This document shows positions 14,211-27,299 of a DNA stretch of 64,000 bases, one piece after another. A program made the position numbers and the translations under genes. Origin of the DNA: Eledone cirrhosa (lineage: Eukaryota). The notes beneath the pieces were generated by a model. That model was given only the letters and a program-made list of their open reading frames with translations, had not been told where the DNA came from and ran no database searches. Every line of letters begins with the position of its first letter. Position 1 is the stretch's first letter. Where the stretch lies: contig OZ024741.1 in the NCBI GenBank assembly GCA_964016885.1, forward strand, positions 118,482,001 through 118,546,000, in the 5' to 3' direction.

Positions 14211-14428
14211 AGATTTAAAAAATTTGCATTACTTTGATAATTTTTTATCTTTTATTTTATTAAATATTCAACTGTTGTATTATTCAAACTATATTTCTTA
14301 ATTGATTTAGAGAATGAAATGTTAGCAGTTTAACTATTAAACTTTAAATTAACCCATTCAGCATAGTTTATATTCTAACATGTGTATGTGTGTACACATA
14401 CACACGTACACATACATACACACACATG

Positions 14429-14460
<32 letters not shown>

Positions 14461-17400
14461 ACACTCTCTCTCTCTCAATTTACACTCTCTCTCTCAATTT
14501 ATTCTCCCACTCTCAATTTACTCTCTCTAAATTTACACACTCTCTCAATTTACACTCTCACTCAATCTTCACACTCAATTCTCACTCAAACACTAATTTC
14601 TCACTCACACTCAATTCCCACTCTCTACTCTCATTCACATCAGTTTTCTCTCCTCTTTCACTCCTACCTTCTGGCTCTTTCTTTTCTCTTTCTTTTACTT
14701 CATCTCATTCTCTTTTCATTGTTTTTTTCTTTATATATAGATAACAGGGCTCAGCAACTTCTTTTAGTAATGGCCTGTGTATTATATCTTACAATCTGAA
14801 GTACTCAGAAAAAAACCTCAATGACCCACATGCATATTATATATCTTGCATATGAACATTTAAGAGGTCTACTATGTGTGTTCTATGGATGTAAACACCC
14901 TGTCTTCTTTCTGGATTGTCTTTACATCGTTTATTTCATGTGTTGTGGACCCACTTTTTTATTATTAACTAATTTCTCAATCAGTTTATCGGAAGTCTTT
15001 GCCCACACTACTATGACTTTATCAGTAGACCAGTACCTTTGTAGCTTTGTTAGACCTACCATGGTGTACATCCCCTCCACAAGACAGTCATTTCCACTTT
15101 CTGCTACTATGAGAGACAGTAGCTGGACCTTGCAGCAGCACACTTGCGCACCTATATAATTAGGCAGTGAACTTGTTCAACTTTGAATATTTGTTCCACA
15201 TTTCTGAGTTAAATCCTGCTGAGGTTCACATTGCCTTTCATCCTTTTAGAGTTAATAAAGTACCAGCCCAGAGCTGGTGCAGCCCTCTCTCCTTCCCATT
15301 GGATGGTCTGCATTAAAAGAGGAAGGTTCAAGACACTGTCCATGTCTACATGTGGCACCATGTGTACTTATAACACTTAGCAAAAACATGGTACATGCTA
15401 CCAAGTCATACTTGATTGCTAGTGACTTTTGAGGTCTCCAGCAATACAAATAGAATATTAACTCTTTAGCATTTGCATTACTCTATATACACTATATAAG
15501 GGCGATGAATTGGCAGTATCGGTAGAGGGTTGGACGCCATGCTTTCTTGCATAGCTACGTCCCTTTACAGTCTGAGTTCAAATCCCGTCAAGGTTATCTT
15601 TGCTTTTCATCCTTACGGGGTCAATAAAATAAAGTACCAGTAATTTACCTTGTGCCAAAAGTAGAAACAATTACTCTATATATACTGTTACTTCACATGA
15701 TATCAAATCTATGAGATTTTTATATTATCTATTTTGAGAACAATACCTTAATGTATGTGAAGCCAGTTACAGCTGGTTTGAACGAAAAGAGGTGAGAGAA
15801 TTCTGGCCAGATACAGCCGGTTTAAATACTAAAGGGTTAAGTATTAAAAATGCAATTACAAAGGTGTTGAAATGCTTGGAAATATTTAATTGTTCCATGT
15901 GTACTGCTGTTGTCTTCTAAAGTATTTTTTATACCTTCAACCTAGTTTTAAGCAAACTACAACACCCTTCTTATGCATGTTTGTGTGTGAAGTCCAAAAC
16001 TAACATGTTGAGGATGAGCAAGAGAAACTTGAAGACACACATGGGAAATTCTCACTCCTCAGCTGTTGAGTAGGTGTCTTTGTAGTGTCAAGTGCTTTAA
16101 ATAACAGTACTCCTCTTCCCCAAGACACCAATATATATATAAAGGAATATATACTGATATCAATTGAGAAACTATATATAGAACGCGTGGTTGAGTGGTT
16201 AGAGAAGTGGATTTGCAATCAAGAGATTGTGAGTTTGATTCCCGGACCAGGCAAGGCGTTATGTCCTTGAGCAAGACACTTTATTTTACGTTGCTTCTAC
16301 TGCCTGGATTTGCGACCGGTAGATAGTATTAGCGATTGGAAAGAAAAATGGAAACATTGTTTCCTTGGTCCATTTTGACAAGTTCCACCCCACTTGTTAA
16401 GCGAATGAGGTCTGGAATATTGTCAATCAACTGTTATATTGAATACTTAAATTGTAAAAAGATATACTTACTTTAGGAGGGTAAATTTATAATTCCTAAT
16501 TAGAAGGCCTTAGTATTTTATCATACCATCTTCAGGTAAGTTTTTTTACTTACTCTATTTCCCTTTGGGCCTACTAACTAGGAATATATCTTTTTACAGT
16601 TTAAGTGTTCTATGTACGTCTACTAAATCCAAGCAGTTTCTCAATTGATATTGGTATATATTCCTTTATATAGTTTAGACTTGTAAACTTGTAGGCACTG
16701 AACTAATGTTCGAGCTATTTTATTGAGAAACATAATCGGTATATATTTTTTATGTATCGATTTAAACTTAAATCATGATTATATATATAATATTAGTTGT
16801 GCTCTTATGTTGAAGTACAAGATATTTTATAAATTCTTTAGAAGTATTGAATGCTTTTTTTTTTTTTTTTTTTTTTATTCATGTCTCTCTCTCTCTCTCT
16901 CAAAAAAAATACTAGTTTCTTGGAATTTCTTCACCTTCCTATTTTTCTTTCTTTCCTTCCAACTTCATTTTTAAGACAACAAAGAATTTGGTAAGTATTC
17001 CTTCCTTAAAGGATTGGTAAGTGATTTGGTACCACAATCCTTCACTTCAATTCTTTGTTTTTTTATTATGTGTTTGTTTTTGTTTGTTTTGATTTATATT
17101 CATTTGTTTTGTTTGCTGTTTGCTAAAAAAAAATTATTTTGAAACCTCCTCTCTGCCCCCAAGTGTTAATATGTCAAATATATTTGTGGTTATTGCAGTG
17201 GCTTAACCCTTCCATTATCATATTTCTAATGAAAGACACTGCCTATGAGTTTCACAGAATTTTGAAAATAATCAAGAATTTCCAAATTCTTGATTATGCA
17301 GATTTAGTGAGATAAAATGCACATTTTCTATATTGTGTGTGTGTGTATATGTATATATATTTATATATATATATAAGAATAACACAGATCAACTATACAG

Positions 17401-19872
17401 TAGGGTTTATTCCAAGTATTAACAAATGTTTCATTGGTCCGGTGTGTTTAAAAACTGCTATCTGCAGTGTGTTGTGACAAGTGATTTTAAGTACAGTTTA
17501 CACTAACCACACACACACACACACACACACATACATACACAGTATGGAAAATGTGCATTTTATCTCACTAGACCTGCATAATAAAGAATTTGGAGAGATT
17601 TAGTAATATAGGTAACTTACTGATTATTAATGAGGTTTAGAATCTAACTTAACAAAGGTTCTTCCATAAAAACATGATGGAGGGTTTTAGATAGATACAA
17701 CGACTTCAGAACAAACAACTTTGTATCATAGAACCAGCGGTGATTTCAGGCAATATAATATCAAAAGGATTAAGCTAAACACTGGAAATATTAACTTCTC
17801 CATAAACATTTGGTTAAACTGTATAAAGAGTCATATTGTAATTAATAATCATTGTTGGTTCAATGTGTTTTGGTGAATAGATTAAAATATCTGTTAATAA
17901 TGTTATGAAAGTGAGATGGAGAGAGAAGAGAGATGGATTATACATCAGTTAGTTATAGAAACTGATGGATCTGCCATTAGTTTCAACAATGAGCAATTGT
18001 TTGTTTGATCAATTGACATCCAACTCATTAAATTAACTTGAAAGGAGTTCAGTATTCCAGAAACGTGTCCCCCATAACATAATTCTCTGACAGAATCAGC
18101 ATAACAAAAATGTGTGACAAGGCTGGACTTTTGAATTACAGATACATTCCATCTGACACTTCCAAATGTCTATTCAGTTTCCTTCAAAAGGCTTAGGTTG
18201 ATATAATAATGAAAATTGTATACATTGCTCACATGCACTACAACTCATCAAAGGTGCATGTATAGTACATAGAATAATGGACAAATGTCAGGAAAGTGAA
18301 CAGTGTAAGAGTCATGATATACACATAGATACATGCTAATAATAATAAAAAGGACAGTGTTAGATCTTCATTACATTTTCTTCAGCAACTCTGAGCATGA
18401 AAAATGTTTCTGAAAGTCATGGGAGCTGTACTGTTTTCTGACTTTGGAGGCATGCCAACATGTGTTAGACACATGAAATTCAAAAAGGTGTTCAGAGTTG
18501 TTGTTGGCAAGATGGTTAATAATTTTGTGGGTGTCTACCAAGTCAGTTGCCAGACATCGGAGCTTTAATGTATCCATGCCCAGGGAAGCAAGGCATTCAG
18601 AGAAAAATCCACATGCCCTAAATGTCCCTCAGTGGTATCAAACTCTGGACCTCATGATTATGAAGTCATCATCATCATCACCGTTTTACGTCCATTCTTC
18701 CATGCTAGCATGGGTTATGACGGGTTGTCCTGTTGTGGGCAGTGTCCAGTCGGTTGACCTTCTCTTGCTCATACGGGAAGTGGGCATCTTAACTCTTCTT
18801 ATAGACCTGCACTAAACTTCATTATTCATGTAAAAATAAAATCTGTTTAGAATAATGAACTGTGTATGTGTATCAATGTGTTTGTGTGTCTGTGTGTGTT
18901 GGTTGTATGTACACTAACATTAATTCTTAACAGCCTGTAATGATTTAGCAGAAAATATCTAAAAACAAGTATAATTCAAATGTTTGTAGTATCTTTATTA
19001 ATGGATAGGTTGTTGCAAAAATTTGCAGTATTAGAGTAAAGACTTTAATTTTTTTTTACATGATGCTGTCATAGTGCTGGTTTATACTTTTGTAGAATTT
19101 CTTGCCAGTGCGGTTTGATAAGGTACAAGAATCTAAGTCTTAAAAGATGTGTTAATTTCTTTCAAAATATAGCATGCTAAATAACTACTTTATATTTTTT
19201 TAATCTTTAAAATTTTGCTTGAGATGAAATTGAACTAATAACCCTGAATTACCAGATAGTAATGTTTTTCTAACCTCAGTTGAAAATGGCCTGAGTGGGG
19301 GCTTTTTGGCTTTCACTCATTTGAGAGGGACCGGTTTGGCAACCTTCACTCGTGTGAGAGGGACCGCTTTGGCAACTTTCACTCGTGTGAGAGGTACTGC
19401 TTTGGCAACCTTCACTCATGAGGACTGCTGCTTTGGCAACCTTCACTCATGTGAGAGAAGCCACTGTTCACCTTTATTTGTGAGAAAGGGGCATTTTGAT
19501 CACCTTTGTTCATGTAAATATGGCCATTTTGTTGACCTTTACTCTCTCACACACACACACTCATGTTTGTGTTTGTGCATGCTCACTCATAAGTAGCTGA
19601 GTATTCCAGACACTTGTACCCATAATATAATTCTCAGAATCAGTGTAATACTGCAATATTTCGTCTTCCACCAAAGTGTTATGATGCAGGATATCCTCCT
19701 ATAGGCCCCCACCACCATGTATATATTACTTAATTGACTGTACCTAATGTTATAGCCTAACTGTAACTTTACAGAACTATACCACCCACTGATGATTATT
19801 AATTCTGAATTATGAACTCTTTATTACACTATGTATATGTGTTTATGTATACATATCTGTGTGTGTGTGTTT

Positions 19873-19907
<35 letters not shown>

Positions 19908-22615
19908 CACCACCGATTAACATCCATTCTCCATGCTTGCTTGGGTTAGACAGGTCACCCACGTCATGAGACAAGTCTGGCCAGTTGGCCGCACCATACC
20001 TTGCTCAGACAGAACTGTAAATTTGGCTGGGAATTTTACAGCTGGATGCCCTTCCTAACACCAACTATGTTTACAGTGACACACACATACACACATATAT
20101 ATATATATACATATATATATTTGCTATAATACCACCCTTATCTTGCCATTGCTTTTGTTTTTGCTTTAAATGTTTATAATATTAACAAATTACTATCGAC
20201 TGTCTATAAATGTTGTTTTTGGTGTTATTTATTCTTTCTCCTTTTTATATCTAATACATTTGTCATATTATGGCCCCCATGATTACTTGGAATTATTTTT
20301 AGATTTTAGCCTTACTCTATAGAATTTACTAAAATTTGTAGACAGAATATTAACCATTCCATTACCACTCTTCAAATGAAAGACACTGTCCATGATGCCC
20401 AAACATTTTTGAAAATATTCCAGAATTTGGAAAGATTTTCTAACATAACTTTCTCATTATATTAAGCTAGTGTTAGGAACATAACTCAGAGGTTTTTACA
20501 TAAAATTATGATGGAGGGTTACTAAATAAATATAAACAATTTAAAATAAACAGCTCTTTGTTGTAGAAACAAGGTTGGTTTCGGACAGTTTGCTATCATA
20601 AGATTTAAAATAAAGTTTTGTATTATGGAACTGGTTTTGGTATATCAAAAAGGGTTACAATAAAAAAACAAATTTTTAATAAAAACTATTAGTAATTAGT
20701 CACACACAATTTCTTGATTTACCTAATGTTTTGGAGATTAACTTGAAGGTATTTAGATAAATATAAACCATTTAACCCTTCTATTACTGTATTTCTTATG
20801 AAAGGCGCTGCCTCTGATTTTGAAAATAATCAAGTATATGGAGTGATTTAGTAATATGACTAACTTATTTGTCTGGTATTTTGAATATAATAAAACTATG
20901 ATTTAATGCTTTTAAATAAATATAAACTCATTAAAGCAAACAGCTTTGAAACAGAACCAGTTGTGGTTTCAGGTTATTTGTATAAAAAAGACTAAAGATT
21001 TAGATTGTATCATCATCACAGTATCTTAAGTGAAAAATAGCTTTCTACAGAGAGAACCAACAGTGTTCTACAAAATAGAAAATGCATTCATTAAGAACAA
21101 TTCTGGGTTATACTCAATTTTTAGCCTAGACAAAGCCAGGAATCCTACTGGTTTTAAATAACATAGAAAGGGTTGGGATAATTCTGAGTTTGTCCTTTTT
21201 TTTGCTTTTTGTATATTTTTTATTGTGGAAATTTTAAGAATTTTATATATGTAAAGTAAGACTTATTGAACCTTTGGAGATGCCATGACATGGATGTATA
21301 TATATTTACATCTTGTAAATATATCTCAGTAACTAACTTTGCTATATGGTATGTGTTGCTTTTTTTCCTTCCCAGTAAACTAATTATTAATTTTTCATTT
21401 TTTGGTTAATATTTTTCTTATTGTATCGAGAAATGAATCTTTTGAAGTGTTGAAAATAATCTCTTATTTAATGTTTTTGTTTTCTATTTGAATAATAACA
21501 ATGTTCAAAAAACAATGTGTGATATGTATGTATCTTTATTAGAACAAATCACTCGACAGAATGGCAAATGTGTTACCCTGGAGAGCATAAAAAAAATATT
21601 TTTAAACAATGACTTTTATCATGAAATTCACCGAATTAGTGAAGAATTTGGGGGGATTTACTAAAATTATCAAATATTTCATTACTAAGGATTTACTAAA
21701 ATTATCAATTATTTCAATACTAAGACATAATAAAAACACAATATAAAAATGTTGGCAAATTGTAATTTAAATAGGACCTCTTTAACTCTTTCATTACCAT
21801 ATTAATGAATAATTTTGAGGGATTTACTGAAATTATTTCATTACTAAGATAGTAATTTAAGAAAAGGTTCTTAAAATTCTGTTTGATAATTTTAATTTAA
21901 ATAGACCTTTAAAACGAGGAGAGATTAGTTTCATCAACCAAAAGTCAATTTTGATCGTATTATATCAAGTGTTACACTTAAATATTAATCTAATCCCTCA
22001 ATTATCAGTTAGCTGTAGTAGATGTACTGAATAACTTATGTGAAATAAAACATTTTCTATGAATTGAAATTTCTCTAGTTGAAAAAAAATTGAAAGTTCA
22101 AGTTATTTTAGTTTAAATTATTTGGAAAACTTAAAATTCTCATGCTACTAAAATGATTAGTATTTGTTTTCTGTTTATTCTCATATACAAGGTGTCCCAA
22201 AAAACTGTATACACACTTTGATTACCTGTACAGACAATATTTATTAGAATACTGTTGAATCGTGTATACATTTTGGGGACACCCTGTGTGCGTGTGTGTG
22301 TGTGTGTGTGTGTATATACACACACATATACATACAGGGTGTATGTATGTATATATATATGGGTATTAGAGGTTCAAATTAATTGCGTCCATAAACAATA
22401 TGCCAAGATTAGCATTCGATGCTCGTGGGAGCAGAGTATCAATAATAATAATATATAAGGGAACACTTAGACGCAAGTCTACATGTGAACACATATCTTA
22501 GGAGCTTCTAACTCCAGAGTCGGGTTCGATCATTAATCAATCATTAATCGATCGTTCCTCGAACTGATCGACAGTAAAACATATTTAATATGTATGCAAC
22601 ACTAATTCTTTGTTC

Positions 22616-22654
<39 letters not shown>

Positions 22655-24142
22655 GATTCCATCTGTGTACATATTCTTCTATAGAATATGTATTTGGTAT
22701 ATATATACAATATACCGTGTTTCTTTTACAATATATGGCTCTTTCTCGCTCTCTATAAACATATATCTTTTAATTTGGTTTTATATATAACAGCTCCCTC
22801 AAGCACTGATGGTGATTATCGCTAAATATTGATGTTGCTTTGGTTATCAATATTAATATTATTGGGCACCCACTGAAGAATTATAAGAGCCCACTTGTAT
22901 AAGTATCTGTTGATCTTATACAAGCTTCTACATAATTTGGTATAATTTCACACAACTTGTAGAAATCTTATAATGAAACGAGTCGTCTGGGAAGTGATAT
23001 ATTTGATATATCTCATATGAAATGATACAGCCAATTATCCACACAATACAATATAGTTAGCACCCCGAACGTTTAATTGGGAATATACTCAGGTATTTCC
23101 TAATGTTTGTTGAGTGAGTTGGAATTTGGCCGGAGTATCGCTATTAGCTTTCTCCATTTATTTATATATATATATAGAGAGAGAGAGAAAGAGAGATTCT
23201 ACAGGACTAGAACTGTTTCATTCTTTAGAAATCATCAGGAATCTCTTCCTGTTGATTTCTAAAGAATGAAACAGTTCTAGTCCTGTAGAATCTCATCTAT
23301 ATTAAAACTTTTATACTTTGCTATGTATTGAGTACCTTACTTACTGTGGTTACCTCTGATTCAACCCGGAATAACTTACCTATATATATACATACACACA
23401 TTTTATTATGGTTAAGTGATGAGTCTTGTTACTCTGAATCATCAGAGACTCTACTTAGGTATTGAGTACTCACACAGATACATATATAACGTAAATGGTT
23501 CAGAAAATATTCATTTACTTGTGCGTGTGAGGGGAGTGGTGGTGGTCACATGGAATATTTTAAAATGTGCAGTAAAGTTTTAATTGTGGATTTTAACCCA
23601 ATTCTTAAAGAGTTACATAAAACTATATATTATATGGGTTAACATTTAGAATAATTTGAGATCTTTATAAACAATACAATAATGGTGTAGTAGATGTATA
23701 ATAATGTTGAAACAGTCTTGTCTTTGAAATGACATTTCCAGGGGAAAAGGGGGAGAAAAGTCATCTATCGCACCAGAATTTTTTGAATTTCCTATTCTTC
23801 ATTTTCAGAACCAATGTATTCTTCAGAAATCTTCTTGTATATATTTGTATATAAACATATATAAATATGTGTGTGTGTGTGTATAAATATATATATATAG
23901 GTATATATATATATATATACGATATTAACAAATGGAAACTATATTTATAAAACCATATTTATTTCATTATACATATTTCAAGGACACCAAGTTAAATTAT
24001 GGTGTCCTTGAAATATGTATAATGAAATAAATATAGTTTCCATTTGTTAATATCGTATGTTTACTCCAAATACTTGTTGAGTGCTTTATATCAGTTATAA
24101 AAATATTTGCTTGTTGTATCCCAACAATTTAAATAGAACTTT

Positions 24143-24187
<45 letters not shown>

Positions 24188-24616
24188 AAGTGTGTCTGGA
24201 AATAAGTTTTGTTTTTTTAATGTTGAACATTTTTTTCTGGTTCATGTTTTTTTTCCATTAAAAGCTCATTACGAACTATATCATGAAGCTATATATTGTC
24301 TAATTAAAAGGGGTTTATAACCTAATGCAATCATACACAAGCCATTTAAACATATTCTTAACTCCAACACACATCATGCTAAAAGGATGCCTGAAGGGGT
24401 ATTTTGTTTTTGAGCATCTCTGCTGCTATCTGCAGATTGTAAACTTATTTTTATGAGTGATGGGTTTTTGTTTTGTTTTGTTTCGTTTGTTTGTTTGTTT
24501 GTTGTTTTGTTTTTTTTTACATCTCTCTTGTAATTGTCACTGTAATTGTTAAAAAGCATTTTTTTTTTAAATACACTTACTGTCTTGCTTTTTGGATTCA
24601 CTATGTACACTACACG

Positions 24617-24647
<31 letters not shown>

Positions 24648-25069
24648 CAGTGGCAACTCTAGCTCATGAATGTTACTCAGACTGTGACAGATCAAAGGCA
24701 CACACTATGGTTAGTTTTTCAAACGTTTTGACTCGTGGCTTTTATTTATTTCAATTGGCTAAATTTTATGAGCCCAACCTAGCCTCATAAAATTTCATTC
24801 ATATATCATGAAAGTGAAAAACAAAATCTATATTTTCTTGAGAATTATTATAGTCTTAATAGACCCAGAGAGAATTTGTTAACGCGAGTCGTGTCTTTTG
24901 GATTCAAGAAAATATCATAATTAGTGTTCTGGGGCATTTTTTATTTGGTTTGAAATAGATGGGTTTGACAGTTGAGCTACCAATGCTAAGCCTCATTGTT
25001 GGAGTCACCACTGATATATATCTATGTAGATATGTGTATATATATGTAGACGTATATATATATATGTAG

Positions 25070-25117
<48 letters not shown>

Positions 25118-25121
25118 AGAT

Positions 25122-25170
<49 letters not shown>

Positions 25171-27265
25171 GTATTAATGTTTAAACGAAAATGTTATATG
25201 CTTTTGTTGTGCACATACTCTTCTGCTTCTTATATTATTTTGCATTCCTTGAAATGTTCCATCATTAAAGTGTGTGCTGTATCTACCATTATATAGAATT
25301 TTAAACTAAAACGTTAAACAGACATATGCATTTGGCTAAAAAAAAGCAGAGGCTTTAAGTAAAAAATATATTTACTTTTTATGCTATGAATTTCAATACA
25401 TCTTTCAGTTTAATGTCGCTAGCATATATACGATACTGAATCTTTGAAATGATCTTCGAAATAACGATAGCTTTTTTGTTTATATATAAAGGTTTTATTA
25501 TCAATATTAATACTATTGCTTTGTGGCATATAGTTATGTCCCTTTATGTTCTGAGATAAAATCATGTCGAGGTTTGCTTTGCCTTTCATCCTTACGGCGC
25601 CGATAAAATAAAGTACCAGTAATGCGTAAGGGTCAATTTAATTGGTCTTGTGCCTAAATCATTATTATTACTATTGTTAGAGTTCATTGTGTTTCTTTTT
25701 GCAGGATAATGTTTCTAAACTTGTTATATTATCTTGTACAAAGAAGCTAGCTGTATACTACTATAATGGTCGTATTTTCTATTAACTTCTTCATATGGGT
25801 TTGTTGATAATTAAGGTAGTGATTTTAGTCATATGTTCAACATGGCATTCAATATTGTTTTGGATTTTGGGTTCAAGAGTTATCAGTCTCTAACATGGAT
25901 TTGAAATAAGAAAAGTTAGGATTAATTAGAAAAGTTTGGATTAATTTTCTATGTCAACATTTGCTATGTATGAATGAATATATATATATATATATATATA
26001 TTAGAAAGTGAGGTTTTTTTACAAAATGAAAATAAAAACGAGGTGTCCTACACGAGTGAAAGTATAAGGAAAAAAGATGAAATGGAAAATGCAACTGGAG
26101 TCTTTTTTTTATAAAAATATATATTTATTTGGTTCCTTTACCGGTTTCGCAGTTCTTCTGCTTTTCAAAAGTAGAATTGAGGTGGAGGGTTTGTGGTTTT
26201 ATATATATATTCACACATACACAGCAGATGCACAATGGCTTGTACAATAGAATCAATTTGAACATGAAATTAAGAGATGAATTATCATCATCATTCTGTT
26301 AAAGATTAGTTATTCCTTTTCTGTTAGAACCTTGTCATATTTGGCATGACTCTATTAAGTTGACCTGTCGTTAGAAATGGTCCAGATTTTTCTGATCTCA
26401 CATATGTTACATGAAACCCAAGATATTATTTTGAAGACAGTTGCTTCTGATAGAACTCTCTGGAAGGTGTGTCTGAGGACTCTACCCCCACAACCCTCTC
26501 AGGAATAAATGGGTGAAGAAAAGATGTGTGTATATGTATGTAAATATATATACATACACACATATATATGAAGTATAACTTAAGACTGATCAATTTATTA
26601 CTAGTAAATCAATTTGATCTGTATATATCGTATGGTATTTGAACAAATCAAGTGTTTTTGGTCCTCGTTATTTATCACTCACTCATTTAACTGTTTCAAA
26701 AAACCTTTTTCTTAATAAATTTTCATCATAGCCTCCTCCTTCCCCTCCTCATGTCCTCCTCTCTTCTCCATTATTAACATTGTTGTTTTAGTTAGACAGA
26801 AACTCTTCTTTTGGCCTCTAACTTCCACTACTTCTACTTCCACCCCACCCCTGTTTTATTGTTTGTGATTGAATCCGTGCACTAATCCGGGACCCTCCCC
26901 CATCATATTGTTTCAGACACCACCAAGCTCCCCAAGTTCACTCGGTTCCCGGAAATCCAGTATGTGTAGCAACAGTAGCATAAACAGCTCATCCGATTCT
27001 TCTGCCAAATCATACTCCCCAACACACCATCACTACCGGTTCCGTAGTCCCTCACAGGTCAGCAGTGTAAGTTTATGCTCCAAGCAATCTGTACAGGTAA
27101 AATATGTATGGTTTAACACCTTGTTTTGTTTTGTTTTTTGTTTTTTTTTGTTTTTTTACCTTTCGTTTCCTTATCACAGCTAAAATCTATTACCAGGTAA
27201 TATTTTTTTTCAAAACAATTTTCTATAGTTAGCATGATCCCTCCCCAAGCTTGGATCCTTTGTCT

Positions 27266-27299
<34 letters not shown>

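Noticed and set aside
23419-23475. - strand GAGTCT-CTGATGA ... AGACTC
   Set aside because: Stem I is present but GAAA and stem III are missing; at best a collapsed family B relic.
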